Shown here in pieces: positions 47,867 to 57,987 of a stretch of DNA of 63,707 nt. The position numbers were made by a program, and so were the translations under genes. The notes under the pieces are model-generated. The model was given only the letters and a program-made list of their open reading frames with translations, ran no database searches and was not told where the DNA came from. This DNA is from an uncultured Chitinophaga sp. Lineage in GTDB: Bacteria; Bacteroidota; Bacteroidia; Bacteroidales; GCA-2748055. The first letter of the stretch is position 1; each line of letters begins with the position of its first letter. The stretch is from positions 1 through 63,707 of the forward strand of contig CAYOLQ010000009.1 of NCBI GenBank assembly GCA_964404825.1. Reading direction: 5' to 3'.

Positions 47867-48337
47867 TTATTGGGAAAGCCCGGAGCTCTGATAAAATTCA
47901 AGTCTTACAATATCAAGTTTTTTTTTCTCCGTAAAAAAAGTGATCTCTGAATTTCGCTGGTTTCCGGATTCGGGATTACTAACCTCAAGCCAGTCCCAGG
48001 TTCTGATTTTTTTTTTGAAACGGGATCCATTTGAAGTAAGTCCCTCAATGAGAAGCTGATAATAGAACTGATCGGTTCCAATTCCTTTTTCATATCTGAA
48101 AGTCATACTTACAATTTTTTCAAGAGGATAGTTCCTTATAAAATCTACAGAAGTGAGTTCTTTTTTGTTATAACGATTGTTTTTTTGAAAATAGTACAAC
48201 TCAGTTTGCAATCTTGTAAATTCTTTCATTTCAATTATGGAGCCATCTTTTAAAAATATCCTTCCTGATTGCTGACCCAGGGAAGGATTAAACAGAAGGA
48301 GGAATTGAGTTATAAATATGATGAGGAATTTCCTCAT
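47867..48337 (-). CDS. small secreted protein, function unknown
   Basis: 156 aa. Signal MRKFLIIFITQFLLLFNPSLGQ. Contains A10 and A9 runs in the sense strand. Confidence 0.6.
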   Translation of the reverse strand: MRKFLIIFITQFLLLFNPSLGQQSGRIFLKDGSIIEMKEFTRLQTELYYFQKNNRYNKKELTSVDFIRNYPLEKIVSMTFRYEKGIGTDQFYYQLLIEGLTSNGSRFKKKIRTWDWLEVSNPESGNQRNSEITFFTEKKKLDIVRLEFYQSSGLSQ

Positions 48338-48410
48338 TATCCAGTGATTTAAATGTAAAATTAAATTTCTTTTCCATATGACAAATAAAAAAAAAGTTTA
48401 ATTTTGTTCA

Positions 48411-48615
48411 GGTTTTGGTTTCGAGGGTGCTTTCGCACCACAGAATTAAAAGGGAATCCGGTAAACACTTTTCAAAGTGCCAGTCCGGAGCTGTTCCCGC
48501 AGCTGTAAGTCCTAATCAAAGCTTTTTGAATTCTACGCCACTGTTACGATCTGCCTGTTGCAGAAAGGATGGGAAGGCTCAAAAAGCGGGACAAGCCAGA
48601 AGAACTGCCAAAATT
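48411..48615 (+). promoter_or_regulatory. cobalamin (B12) riboswitch
   Basis: Conserved core read directly: ttaaaagggaatccggt, ccggagctgttcccgcagctgtaag, the B12 box gccactg, gggaaggc and agccagaagaactgcc. Putative P1 is ttttgg (48413-48418) with ccaaaa (48608-48613). Confidence 0.85.
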
Positions 48616-48747
48616 GTTTAAATGTTTTTTGCTTTCGGTGAAAAAGCAGGGAATGATTCAGATTTTTCAGCCAGAATCATTTTTAACCTGATCGGAAGCG
48701 GATTGCGCATATGCTTTTTTGGAAAGCAGAACCTAATTTTTTTGATC

Positions 48748-51174
48748 ATGCGATCCGTGTTTTTATTTTTAGTCCTTTTATATGCCGGCACTCAATTGCC
48801 GGCTCAATCGCCCGTTTTTGCAAGTAAACTGCTCGATTACCGGCCTGCTCCTGGTCAGCATATAAACGATCCGGTTTCGGGAACACCTTCAGTTGCGCTT
48901 GAAATCCTAAATGGTATTGGCAATCCTTTGAGCCTGGGAGCATACGGTGGATACATTGTTTTTGGCTTTACCAATTCCATCGACAACCATTTTGAAAATC
49001 CTTATGGAGTTGACTTTATTATTTATGGAAATGCTTCTCAAACTCATGCCGAACCTGGGATAATTAAGGTGATGCGGGATGTAAATAAAAATGGAATTCC
49101 CGATGAAACATGGTATGAAATTGCCGGAAGTGTTCATAATACACCGGCGGTTGAAAAGGATTATTCAGTGAGGTATTTTAATCCTGAAAACACCTCAGCT
49201 GCTGATGTGCAATGGGTAGATAATCAAGGAAATACAGGGAAAGTTTCGAAAAACAGTTTCCATTTGCAACCTTATTATCCGTTAAATACACTCTTCCCTG
49301 AAATAGACTCCGAAAGCCTCAGTTTTTCAGGTTCAAAACTGATGGGTAATGTCAGAATGCAAAACGGGATTTATATTTCTTCCCCATATGCATTTGGTTA
49401 TGCTGATAATATCAAACTTAACAGCCAATCTCCATTGGGGATCCCTGATAATCCTTATACATTGGAAATTATTGAAGGCGATGGGGGTGATGCAATTGAT
49501 ATTTCCTGGGCTATTGATGATCATGGTAATTATATTGAGTTACCCGAAATTGATTTTGTAATGATCTATACCGGGCTGAATGAATCTGCCGGATGGCTGG
49601 GCGAAATCTCCACCGATATACGGGGGATTGCTGATGTTCAACCTAATGCTGACATAAGCGGACCAATGAACATGATTGTTGCAGATGATTTGCCTGCAAA
49701 GATACTTTTAAATGATAATCTGATTCTTTCAGCCAGGGCTCTGTTTTCCGGACGACTGAAAGAATCCGAAGAAATTATTTGGGAATCTATGTCACCGGAA
49801 ATTCTAGAGATTGCGGGATATACCCTTTACACAAAAAGCACAGGGGTAGCTGAAATCCGCGGAAGTCTTCAATCCGATCCAACCTGCACTTTTACAAAAA
49901 GTATACAAGTTGTTGAACCTGCAGGACTTGTTTTTGACAGACAAATCAAAATTCTGCAAAAGGGAGACTCATGTGTTTTGAAGTACTCGTTTATAGATAA
50001 CGGAGGAGAGGAATTGCACGGGTTGATCCCTGAAGTAATCATAGAGAATGAAGAAATTGTTCAGTATTCCGGAATAAGCGAAGAGCAGTTAAAGTTTACC
50101 GGTATTTCTGAAGGAGCAACACTAGTTTCATTGATTTTTAGTGATAATGCGGAACTTAACTGCAGCTTTCAAATTCAGGTAATACATAGTTTAGCCCCAG
50201 TACAGATTTCCTTTTCCCTCAGCTATGAAGATTACAATTTACTCCCTTCAAAAAAATACTATGTAGGGAAAGCTGATATATTGCGTTTTACAGACAGATT
50301 TCAGCCTGAATTTAACCCCGACAGACCTTTTATAAGTCTTGCAGACGCGATAACGTCAGTGCTTCAGAGTGAAGGGTTTGGATCTGCTGGAAAATCGCTT
50401 GCATTCAGACAGGATGAATACGGAGGCAATGGACTTTATGTCTGGCAAATAGGATACGACTGGGAATATCAGTATGGGTGGGGCGGTTCAAAAAAGAGTA
50501 ATTCCTATGCGAAGACATGGTTTGCAGTAATTAATAATTCAGTATTCGCAAGTGGGTTTGACAGTATCGAAGTCGCTGAAGGAGACAGGATTAGTCTCAG
50601 ACATATAAGTGATAACAGTATTTCATGGAATTTTATCAGGATTATTCCTGAGAAGGATGAAATATTTGTTGGGGATACGATAGGATTTTTATCAGAGCAA
50701 GTTGATGTATTCCCGACATTGTCTGGAGGTTTTTCAGTTTCGGGTCCATTTCCTGTTGTAAATGCAAGTGTCGTTATAGACCCCGGAGTTGTTTTTGCCG
50801 ATGGTTCTGATGATTATACTTCTTTTTCAGGAAAATTCTCACTTAGTTTTAATAAACCAGGGATGCACACGGTTTCTGTTGATGGTTCAGAACCATTTCT
50901 TGTTGATGTGAGTTTCACAAGCCATATTAAGTTGAAAGAAAGCCTTGCTTTTTTTCCAAATCCCTGCTATGATAAATTGAGTTTAGAGAATCAAGAGGGT
51001 TTGGCCTGCGGGATCAGAATATTTTCAATGGATGGAGTGCTTAAGGAAAGCAGATATTTTGATCAGGGCGAAACAAGCCTTGAGTTGAATTTGTCCCATC
51101 TTAATGAAGGAATGTACATCCTTGAATATAGCAGTAAAGAGAATAATCAAAGGCAAAAGTTTTATAAGTTGTAA
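48748..51174 (+). CDS. large secreted/surface protein with a T9SS C-terminal sorting domain, first gene of the riboswitch-controlled locus
   Basis: The ATG at 48748 gives MRSVFLFLVLLYAGTQLPAQ (signal). The 42-aa upstream extension in the track ORF runs back to just after the riboswitch. The C-terminus FFPNPCYDKLSLEN...GMYILEYSS...QKFYKL is Por/T9SS-CTD-like. Confidence 0.75.
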   Translation: MRSVFLFLVLLYAGTQLPAQSPVFASKLLDYRPAPGQHINDPVSGTPSVALEILNGIGNPLSLGAYGGYIVFGFTNSIDNHFENPYGVDFIIYGNASQTHAEPGIIKVMRDVNKNGIPDETWYEIAGSVHNTPAVEKDYSVRYFNPENTSAADVQWVDNQGNTGKVSKNSFHLQPYYPLNTLFPEIDSESLSFSGSKLMGNVRMQNGIYISSPYAFGYADNIKLNSQSPLGIPDNPYTLEIIEGDGGDAIDISWAIDDHGNYIELPEIDFVMIYTGLNESAGWLGEISTDIRGIADVQPNADISGPMNMIVADDLPAKILLNDNLILSARALFSGRLKESEEIIWESMSPEILEIAGYTLYTKSTGVAEIRGSLQSDPTCTFTKSIQVVEPAGLVFDRQIKILQKGDSCVLKYSFIDNGGEELHGLIPEVIIENEEIVQYSGISEEQLKFTGISEGATLVSLIFSDNAELNCSFQIQVIHSLAPVQISFSLSYEDYNLLPSKKYYVGKADILRFTDRFQPEFNPDRPFISLADAITSVLQSEGFGSAGKSLAFRQDEYGGNGLYVWQIGYDWEYQYGWGGSKKSNSYAKTWFAVINNSVFASGFDSIEVAEGDRISLRHISDNSISWNFIRIIPEKDEIFVGDTIGFLSEQVDVFPTLSGGFSVSGPFPVVNASVVIDPGVVFADGSDDYTSFSGKFSLSFNKPGMHTVSVDGSEPFLVDVSFTSHIKLKESLAFFPNPCYDKLSLENQEGLACGIRIFSMDGVLKESRYFDQGETSLELNLSHLNEGMYILEYSSKENNQRQKFYKL

Positions 51175-51183
51175 CAAGAAAGA

Positions 51184-53178
51184 ATGAAGCACCTTTTGAG
51201 AATATGGTTGATATTTTTTGTAATGCTGATAGTTGCAATAAATACTTATGCTCAGAAACTCGGTGATACTTTAAATATTGAAGAGGTAGAGATAAACAGC
51301 TTCAGACCGGTTAAATTCAATTCCCTTCGGATTACCCGATTCGACTCACTTGTGCTACGGACTAACAAAGGCAATAGTTTATCTGAGCTTTTGGCAGAGC
51401 ATTCCGGGATTTTCATTAAAAGTTATGGTCGCGGCGCAATGGCCTCTGCCTCTTTCAGGGGAACAGATCCCTCACACACCAAAGTATTGTGGAATGGAAT
51501 CGAGTTAAACTCACCTATGCTTGGAATGGTTGATTTTTCGCTGATTCCAATGTTTTTTATTGATAATGTTGAATTATTCCACGGAACCAGTTCAATGTCG
51601 GAAGCTTCAGGTGCACTGGGGGGACTGATTAATCTCAGTACCGAACCAGACTGGACCAATAGTTTTTCGGGGAGTTATTTGCAGGGAGCGGGTTCTTATG
51701 GAACACATGATGAGCATATCAGTCTTGAAATTGGAAACAAAAAGTTTCAGTCGCAAACCCGGGTTTTTTATGCACATTCAGACAATGACTTTAGCTTTGA
51801 GAATCATGATATTTATGATTCGGTTAACCTTGAAACCGGCCGCAGGTATTACCCCCGGATGATAAACAAGGATGCATGGTTCAGTTATTACGGTGTTTTG
51901 CAGGAATTTCATTACCGTCCCGGTAAGAACAATTTTTTTAGTATGAGTTTCTGGGGACAGGAATCATCCCGGAGTATTCCATTGCTTAGTACAAGGGAAA
52001 GTGACGACATTAAAAACCGGCAAACCGATAAAAGTATCCGAAGTCACATCTCATATAAGCATTATGGTGAACGATATAGTTTTAAAATCTTTTCGGGGCT
52101 GAACACAATGAACCTGCTGTACAATGAGAAAATCCAGCTTAGCGATCTGGTTTATCAATACAGAACCAATTCTGAAAATGTAACTGCCAGTTTGTATAAT
52201 AAGATGGATCTGGAATATAGGGTTTCAAAAACCCTTGAGCTTGAGTTATCCGCCGGGACCGATTTGCATCGCGTAAGATCCCTCGAAAAAGTAAGCTTAC
52301 TGGGTTATACAAAAAGCAGGATACAATCGCATCTGAGTGTATCTGCTGCTAAAAAGTGGAATGAACGATGGAATTCCAGTCTGAAGGCCGGGGCAGAGTA
52401 TATTTCTGAGGCGATAACAACACCTGTAATGATAGCCGGGAGTGAGTTTCATGTGTTACCGGATAATAGATTGTATCTGAAATTGCTTCTTGCGACAAAC
52501 TCAAGGTTTCCTTCTCTGAACGACTTGTATTATCAGCCCTGGGGAAATAAGGATCTCAGGCAGGAACGAAGTATGGATCAGGAACTAGGTATACATTTCA
52601 GCTCGAAAAGCGGCGGATGGGAATTTAGTCAGGATGCAGCCTTTTACATGTCGCAGGTACGAAACTGGATTATGTGGAAATATAAAGCAAACGGGATTGC
52701 TCCTGAGAATATTGAAAAGGTCGATATAAAAGGTTTGGAGGTAAATTTCTCCCTCGGATACAAAGTCAACCATACTCGTATTACCCTGACATCAGGGTAT
52801 GGAATGACGCATTCCCGTGATATGGAAATGAATCTTAATAAGTATGATTATTCGTATGGTAAGCAACTACCTTATATTCCTGTACATTCTGCAAATGCTA
52901 TGTTTTTTATCAATCAGAATACATGGTCGCTAAACTATATCTGGAATTTTTACAGTGAGAGAAATGTAAGCAGTTCGGGTGATGAAGCCAACAGAAGGGA
53001 TGTGCTTTATCCTTATTATATGAGTCAGATTGGATTGGGAAAACAAGTTCAATTGGAAAGGTTAAGGTTTGATTTCAGTCTCAGGATTCATAATCTGTTT
53101 AATGAGGAATACAGATCTGTTTTGCAAAGACCAATGCCGGGTAGAAACTACAGTTTACAGTTAAAGATTGATTTCTGA
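51184..53178 (+). CDS. TonB-dependent outer-membrane receptor, BtuB-like (inferred from the riboswitch context)
   Basis: 664 aa. Signal, then plug motifs (SFRGTDPSHTKVLWNGIELNSP..GMVDFSLIP), a beta-barrel and a terminal ...LQLKIDF. Confidence 0.85.
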   Translation: MKHLLRIWLIFFVMLIVAINTYAQKLGDTLNIEEVEINSFRPVKFNSLRITRFDSLVLRTNKGNSLSELLAEHSGIFIKSYGRGAMASASFRGTDPSHTKVLWNGIELNSPMLGMVDFSLIPMFFIDNVELFHGTSSMSEASGALGGLINLSTEPDWTNSFSGSYLQGAGSYGTHDEHISLEIGNKKFQSQTRVFYAHSDNDFSFENHDIYDSVNLETGRRYYPRMINKDAWFSYYGVLQEFHYRPGKNNFFSMSFWGQESSRSIPLLSTRESDDIKNRQTDKSIRSHISYKHYGERYSFKIFSGLNTMNLLYNEKIQLSDLVYQYRTNSENVTASLYNKMDLEYRVSKTLELELSAGTDLHRVRSLEKVSLLGYTKSRIQSHLSVSAAKKWNERWNSSLKAGAEYISEAITTPVMIAGSEFHVLPDNRLYLKLLLATNSRFPSLNDLYYQPWGNKDLRQERSMDQELGIHFSSKSGGWEFSQDAAFYMSQVRNWIMWKYKANGIAPENIEKVDIKGLEVNFSLGYKVNHTRITLTSGYGMTHSRDMEMNLNKYDYSYGKQLPYIPVHSANAMFFINQNTWSLNYIWNFYSERNVSSSGDEANRRDVLYPYYMSQIGLGKQVQLERLRFDFSLRIHNLFNEEYRSVLQRPMPGRNYSLQLKIDF

Positions 53179-54314
53179 TGAGTACGGGATATACTGGTTT
53201 CAGGCATGTAATTTCAGGAATTTTCTTTCTGGTTCTTACAGTATCCTGTATGAATGACGAGACGTGGGTAGAAAAGCACAAACCCAATCTGAGTGCAGAA
53301 AAAGTATTGGAAGATGGGGGAGTGCTGGTTTTAAATGAAGGTAATTTTATGTATGGGAATGCTTCTTTGAGTTATTACAATTCACAAACGGAAACAGTTA
53401 TAAATGATTTGTTTTATCGTCAGAATGGAATACCACTTGGCGATGTAGCACAGTCAGCAGTAGTTTATCAGGGGGAATTATTTGTGGTGTTAAACAATTC
53501 AGGTAAAATTATTGCCATGAATCTGGGAAAGTATCCCTCGCTTAAGGCATTTGATTTTACCCATAAAATAACAGGTTTGCAATCTCCCCGATATATACAC
53601 TTTTTTGATAACACAAAGGCTTATATCAGCGACCTGTATTCAAAATCAATAAGCATACTCGATCCCGCTACATACACAATTAGCGGAAAAATTAACCTGT
53701 CAAACAACAATCCGGATTTTTATCAGCATCCATCCGAGCAGTTCATTGTTTTTGAAAATGAGGTTTTCACGAATTGTTACAGTTTCGATGATAAGATTCT
53801 TGTTATAAATCCGCTTACCGATAAATTAACCGATTCTATTGAGGTATTGCAGCAACCCAATTCTATGGTTCTCGATAAAAACGGGAAGCTATGGGCGCTT
53901 TGTGATGGTGGATTTGAAGGAAGTGCTTATGGGAATAACCAGCCCGGCCTTGTCAGGATTGATGCCAGAACGCATACTGTGGAAAAAGTATTTATTCTGC
54001 CGGAGGACAACTGGCCATCCAAATTATGTATTAACGGGAGTCTGGATACGTTATATTTTATAAACAGGGATATATGGAGAATGCCGGTAAATTCAGTTAA
54101 ATTACCCGACAGTTCTTTTATTTCTGCTGTTTCCGGTTCGCAGGTTAAAAACTTTTTTGGACTGGGAGTAGATCCTGCAAGCTCGGAAATTTATGTTTCG
54201 GATGCTCTGGATCATGTGCAGAACGGTGTTGTTTACCGTTATACCCATGAAGGTGAGGGGATCGACACTTTTAAGGTTGGAATAATTCCCGGATTCTTTT
54301 TGTTTCTTAACTGA
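53178..54314 (+). CDS. surface lipoprotein, YncE/beta-propeller-like (possible BtuG-type corrinoid-binding protein)
   Basis: 378 aa. Lipobox LVLTVSCMND. Repeated propeller-blade-like segments (VLNEGNF..GNASLSYY, ..LFVVLNNSGKI.., ..LWALCDGG.., ..IYVSDA..). The start overlaps the receptor stop. Confidence 0.65.
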   Translation: MSTGYTGFRHVISGIFFLVLTVSCMNDETWVEKHKPNLSAEKVLEDGGVLVLNEGNFMYGNASLSYYNSQTETVINDLFYRQNGIPLGDVAQSAVVYQGELFVVLNNSGKIIAMNLGKYPSLKAFDFTHKITGLQSPRYIHFFDNTKAYISDLYSKSISILDPATYTISGKINLSNNNPDFYQHPSEQFIVFENEVFTNCYSFDDKILVINPLTDKLTDSIEVLQQPNSMVLDKNGKLWALCDGGFEGSAYGNNQPGLVRIDARTHTVEKVFILPEDNWPSKLCINGSLDTLYFINRDIWRMPVNSVKLPDSSFISAVSGSQVKNFFGLGVDPASSEIYVSDALDHVQNGVVYRYTHEGEGIDTFKVGIIPGFFLFLN

Positions 54315-54320
54315 TAGAGC

Positions 54321-55676
54321 TTACTTTTTAATGAGCTTTATCGTCTTAAGTGTTTTCCCGTTTTCGTCGGTTAACTGAAGAATGTATAAACCGCTGCTCA
54401 AATGACTCAAATCCATTCTGTTTTCAATGGTTTGTATAATTGTCCTGCCTTCGATGGTGTAAAGAGAAACGAGTTCTCCGGGATTATGATTCAAAAACAA
54501 TACCGATGAAGACGGATTGGGATAAGCGAATCCTGTGTTTTGAAGATATTCCGGAATTGCAGTTACATTATTTATGGTAAAATTCTGTATATCTGAAATC
54601 TTGGCTGCACCATCATTATCTTTTACTTCAATTGTAAAGAAGATTTCTAAACCGGCTGACTGTGCTGCGATACTTGCATTATAGCTTCCGTTCCCTAAAC
54701 TCATGTCGGAGAAGTATAAAAGATTGTCGGAGCTATATCCCCAGTATAGTTTTACACTCTGGATAGTACCATCAGAATCGTTTGCATTGGCTGTAAAATT
54801 AACGATATCGTCAGATGTTGGTACGATTGGAGAATAAGTAATGTTTGCCAGTTGAGGCAGTTCGTTTTCCGTTTGAACAGGCGTACCCCAAATGTAATTT
54901 ACATATTCAGGATGGTCAATAAATGGATTGCGGTTTTTCTGATAACTGTAAACTACATTGTTACGGTACATTTCAATATCATCTACAGGATCGATCATGT
55001 TCCATTCAATTAAGGTGGAAAGAACTCCATGTTCGGGGTCTGCGGTAACGGAAGGAATGTAATCGACTACCTCCAGATCGGGGAACCCATCCCCTCCTTC
55101 ATACCTTGTAGCCATATAAAAGATCATTCTTGCAACATCTCCTTTATCAACATCCCGGGGTTCCCATACGTCTCGTGAGGAACTGGTTTTACATCCTGTA
55201 GCCACGCTTCCATCTATATATTCATAATCGCCATAATCAAAATGACGGTTATTACGGGCTGAGTTAACAGAAATGTCGCATGCACGAAGATGATGGCAAT
55301 CTGTTCCCGGACCTTTTGTTGTTTCACTGAAGGGTCCATGAGATTTTGCCCAGACATGTTCCCGGTTCCATCCTGCTCCGTTGGCGTATTCCTGTGCAGC
55401 ATTAACCGACCAGCCTGTATAAAAAAGAAGAACATTTGAAGGGTTATTGGGATCGCGGTCGGATGCTTTTAAAATATCCCAGGTATCTGTACCAGAGCTT
55501 GTGTAGGGAAAAGTTATATGCCCTTTGATAATATTATGCAAGGCCGATTTAAGTTCGGTACCTGTCAGGTTCTGGGCAGATGAATAATATCCTTCAGGTA
55601 TTTGTGCAAATGCACCTGAAAGGAAAAAAGTCAAAAGAAAAAAAACCAGTCCAATACTCCGCAGATCTCGTCTCAT
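54321..55676 (-). CDS. secreted endonuclease I-family nuclease with a T9SS C-terminal sorting domain
   Basis: 451 aa. Signal, NREHVWAKSHG and DCHHLRACDISVNSARNN motifs (Endonuclease_1 family). C-terminus ...AYPNPSSSVLFL...GLYILQL.... Confidence 0.8.
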   Translation of the reverse strand: MRRDLRSIGLVFFLLTFFLSGAFAQIPEGYYSSAQNLTGTELKSALHNIIKGHITFPYTSSGTDTWDILKASDRDPNNPSNVLLFYTGWSVNAAQEYANGAGWNREHVWAKSHGPFSETTKGPGTDCHHLRACDISVNSARNNRHFDYGDYEYIDGSVATGCKTSSSRDVWEPRDVDKGDVARMIFYMATRYEGGDGFPDLEVVDYIPSVTADPEHGVLSTLIEWNMIDPVDDIEMYRNNVVYSYQKNRNPFIDHPEYVNYIWGTPVQTENELPQLANITYSPIVPTSDDIVNFTANANDSDGTIQSVKLYWGYSSDNLLYFSDMSLGNGSYNASIAAQSAGLEIFFTIEVKDNDGAAKISDIQNFTINNVTAIPEYLQNTGFAYPNPSSSVLFLNHNPGELVSLYTIEGRTIIQTIENRMDLSHLSSGLYILQLTDENGKTLKTIKLIKK

Positions 55677-55808
55677 CGCATATCCAGAATTAATTGCACC
55701 TAAAAGACAGATATGTGAACAGGGTCTTTTAGTTGATGCAAAGATATTCTTTATGAGAATAAAACGAAATTAAGTTTCGCTTTTACATAACATTAATTAT
55801 TTTCTTTT

Positions 55809-56732
55809 TCAATGTCCAAGTCCGTGAATCATCAGTATGGCGTGATCCAGAACAGTCAGTATTTCTCCAAGATATTCCTCCACTGCTTTCGGACTTCCGG
55901 GAAGGGTAAAAACAAGAGATTTTCCCGTGACGCCGGCAACAGAGCGGCTAAGAAGGGCAGCAGGATTATTCTGTCCGTATTTAAATCTGATCATGTCCAT
56001 AATGCCCGGAATTTCCTTTTCGAGGAGGGGATTGATAACATCGGGTGCAATATCACGCGGGCCGATTCCTGTACCTCCTGTTGTAAAAATCAGGTCAGTA
56101 TTTGCCTTAAGAAGTTCATTAAACTGATTTTTGAGCTGGAGTTTTTCATCCGGAAGAAGGTAGCGCTGAAGTTTATATTGCCGGTTATGGGTCCCGAAGT
56201 GAGATTTAATTCGCTTTTCAATAACCTCACCACTTATATCTTTGTAGTCACCCCTGCTGGCCCGATCACTCAGGGTAATTACAGCAATGTTAAAAACTCT
56301 GGCCTGGTATTCAAGGGTATCACCTGCTCTCAAAGATCCCCCGCGGATAACACGTGCAAAAACACCTTCCTTTGGCATTACACAATTTCCGACCTCTCTG
56401 AAAATTGCGCAATTATCGCCATGACATTTTTTCCCTATCTGAGTAATTTCGAGTGTAATTTCTTTGTTGAAGAGAATATCAAGAGGGTTCATTTTGTACA
56501 ATAATTCTCCACTGGTGGTAATGTTTTCAGCAAATTCTCCGAATTGTATTTTTCTGTTGGATTCGGCAGAAAATTTTTCGATACTTTCGGTTCCCAGCAG
56601 ACTAACCTGGCGGTGCCATAAACCGGCATGTGCATCCCCCTGAACCCCATTATTGTCCAAAAGAATTTTAGAGATTGGTTCTTTGATTGTACCCTTTTCG
56701 AGGGAAATATTTACTGATTTAACAAGTATCAT
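55809..56732 (-). CDS. MOSC domain fused to a MogA/MoaB-type molybdopterin adenylyltransferase domain
   Basis: N-terminal half has GDAHAGLWHRQVSLL (MOSC-like). C-terminal half has ITLSDRASRG...FTTGGTGIGPRDIAPD...LPGSPKAV (MogA). Start taken at the ATG at 56732, 4 nt after the moaC stop. Confidence 0.8.
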   Translation of the reverse strand: MILVKSVNISLEKGTIKEPISKILLDNNGVQGDAHAGLWHRQVSLLGTESIEKFSAESNRKIQFGEFAENITTSGELLYKMNPLDILFNKEITLEITQIGKKCHGDNCAIFREVGNCVMPKEGVFARVIRGGSLRAGDTLEYQARVFNIAVITLSDRASRGDYKDISGEVIEKRIKSHFGTHNRQYKLQRYLLPDEKLQLKNQFNELLKANTDLIFTTGGTGIGPRDIAPDVINPLLEKEIPGIMDMIRFKYGQNNPAALLSRSVAGVTGKSLVFTLPGSPKAVEEYLGEILTVLDHAILMIHGLGH

Positions 56733-56736
56733 AATT

Positions 56737-57183
56737 TTATATTTTTTCTTTACTAAGTAAGCGGATATCATAGATTACCATACTCTTATCCACCGCCTTG
56801 CACATATCATAAACCGTTAGCAATGCAATACTTACCGAAGTCAGAGCCTCCATTTCCACACCTGTTTGTCCGTTGCATTGTACTATCGCAGTAGCCTTTA
56901 CACCGGTTTTCAGGAGTTCGGTCTTTACGTCAATGCTGGTTATTAACAGGGGATGACAGAGCGGGATCAGGTCGCTGCATTTTTTACCTCCCTGAATTCC
57001 TGCGAATTCAGAAATGCTGAGAACATCGCCTTTTTTTATGAGGTTATCCCTTATAAGATTTACTGTTTCGGGAGTCAGCATGATAAATCCTTCTGCAATA
57101 GCTTTACGGTGCTGGTGCGGTTTATGACCAACATCAACCATTGATGCGCGACCGGTATTATCGGTGTGAGAGAGTTCAGACAT
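56737..57183 (-). CDS. moaC: cyclic pyranopterin monophosphate synthase
   Basis: 148 aa. ...MVDVGHKP...IPLCHPL...GVEMEALT... is typical of MoaC. Confidence 0.9.
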   Translation of the reverse strand: MSELSHTDNTGRASMVDVGHKPHQHRKAIAEGFIMLTPETVNLIRDNLIKKGDVLSISEFAGIQGGKKCSDLIPLCHPLLITSIDVKTELLKTGVKATAIVQCNGQTGVEMEALTSVSIALLTVYDMCKAVDKSMVIYDIRLLSKEKI

Positions 57184-57186
57184 TAT

Positions 57187-57987
57187 TCATCCTCCTATAT
57201 TATAAAATTTGCTTTTTTGATTCAGAGATCCGCAAGCAGGTTTATTTTTTACGGCTTCTGAAAATGCTTTTTGATATCCAAGTTCGCGGATATTAAATGA
57301 AGAGGGATCAAAAAGACACGGTTTAAGATCACCACCAGCTGTAAGTCTCAGTCGGTTACAGATAATACATTTACCTCCGTCACCACCATCAACTTCGTAG
57401 AAAATGCCGGATTCAAGATCCATTTCACGAATGAACCGAACCTGAAGGTTCTGTTCTTTGGCAAACTTTGCAACTTTCACCGCATCGGGTTCAAGAATGG
57501 ATTTTTTGATAACACAATTCAGTTTTATCGGAAACAGACCTGCAGCTTGAGCTGCATGGATGCCATTCAAAACATCCTGAAGTTCACCAACTCTGGTAAT
57601 TTCCCTGAAACGGATTGGATCGGTTGTATCCAGACTAATGTTTACCCGCATAAGCCCTGCTTTCTTAAGGTCTTCAGCTAATCCCGACAAAAGAATTCCG
57701 TTTGTGGTCATGGAGAGATCTTCAATACCCGGAATCCTGCTTAGCATTTCCACAAGAATTACAATATCTTTCCGCACCAGTGGTTCCCCTCCGGTAATTC
57801 TCAGCCGGTTGATTCCCTGAGTAGCAGAATATCGTACAAAACTTTCTATTTCCTCGAAGCTCAGAATATTTTTGTGATGGAGTAAAGGAATACCTTCTTC
57901 AGGCATACAATAGGTGCATCGAAGGTTACAACGGTCGGTGACCGAAATACGCAGGTAATTTATTTTACGGTTAAATGAGTCGTACAT
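57187..57987 (-). CDS. moaA: GTP 3',8-cyclase (radical SAM), short form
   Basis: 266 aa. Radical-SAM cluster CNLRCTYC, second cluster CIICNRLRLTAGGDLKPC (CX2CX13C) and the essential C-terminal GG. Confidence 0.9.
   Translation of the reverse strand: MYDSFNRKINYLRISVTDRCNLRCTYCMPEEGIPLLHHKNILSFEEIESFVRYSATQGINRLRITGGEPLVRKDIVILVEMLSRIPGIEDLSMTTNGILLSGLAEDLKKAGLMRVNISLDTTDPIRFREITRVGELQDVLNGIHAAQAAGLFPIKLNCVIKKSILEPDAVKVAKFAKEQNLQVRFIREMDLESGIFYEVDGGDGGKCIICNRLRLTAGGDLKPCLFDPSSFNIRELGYQKAFSEAVKNKPACGSLNQKSKFYNIGG

Noticed and set aside
48415-48621. 68-aa ORF on the plus strand
   Set aside because: It lies entirely within the cobalamin riboswitch sequence. Its Arg/Ser/Ala-rich translation has no protein-like features.
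55812-56504. Long antisense ORFs inside established genes (for example 55812-56504, 2887-3303, 20454-20873, 36383-36850, 39569-39949)
   Set aside because: These are shadow ORFs opposite strongly supported CDSs. Their translations are low-complexity and lack motifs.
57187-57987. moaA as a truncated pseudogene (266 aa versus about 330 aa in E. coli)
   Set aside because: The radical-SAM CX3CX2C motif, the second CX2CX13C cluster and the essential C-terminal Gly-Gly are all present, so it looks like an intact compact form.
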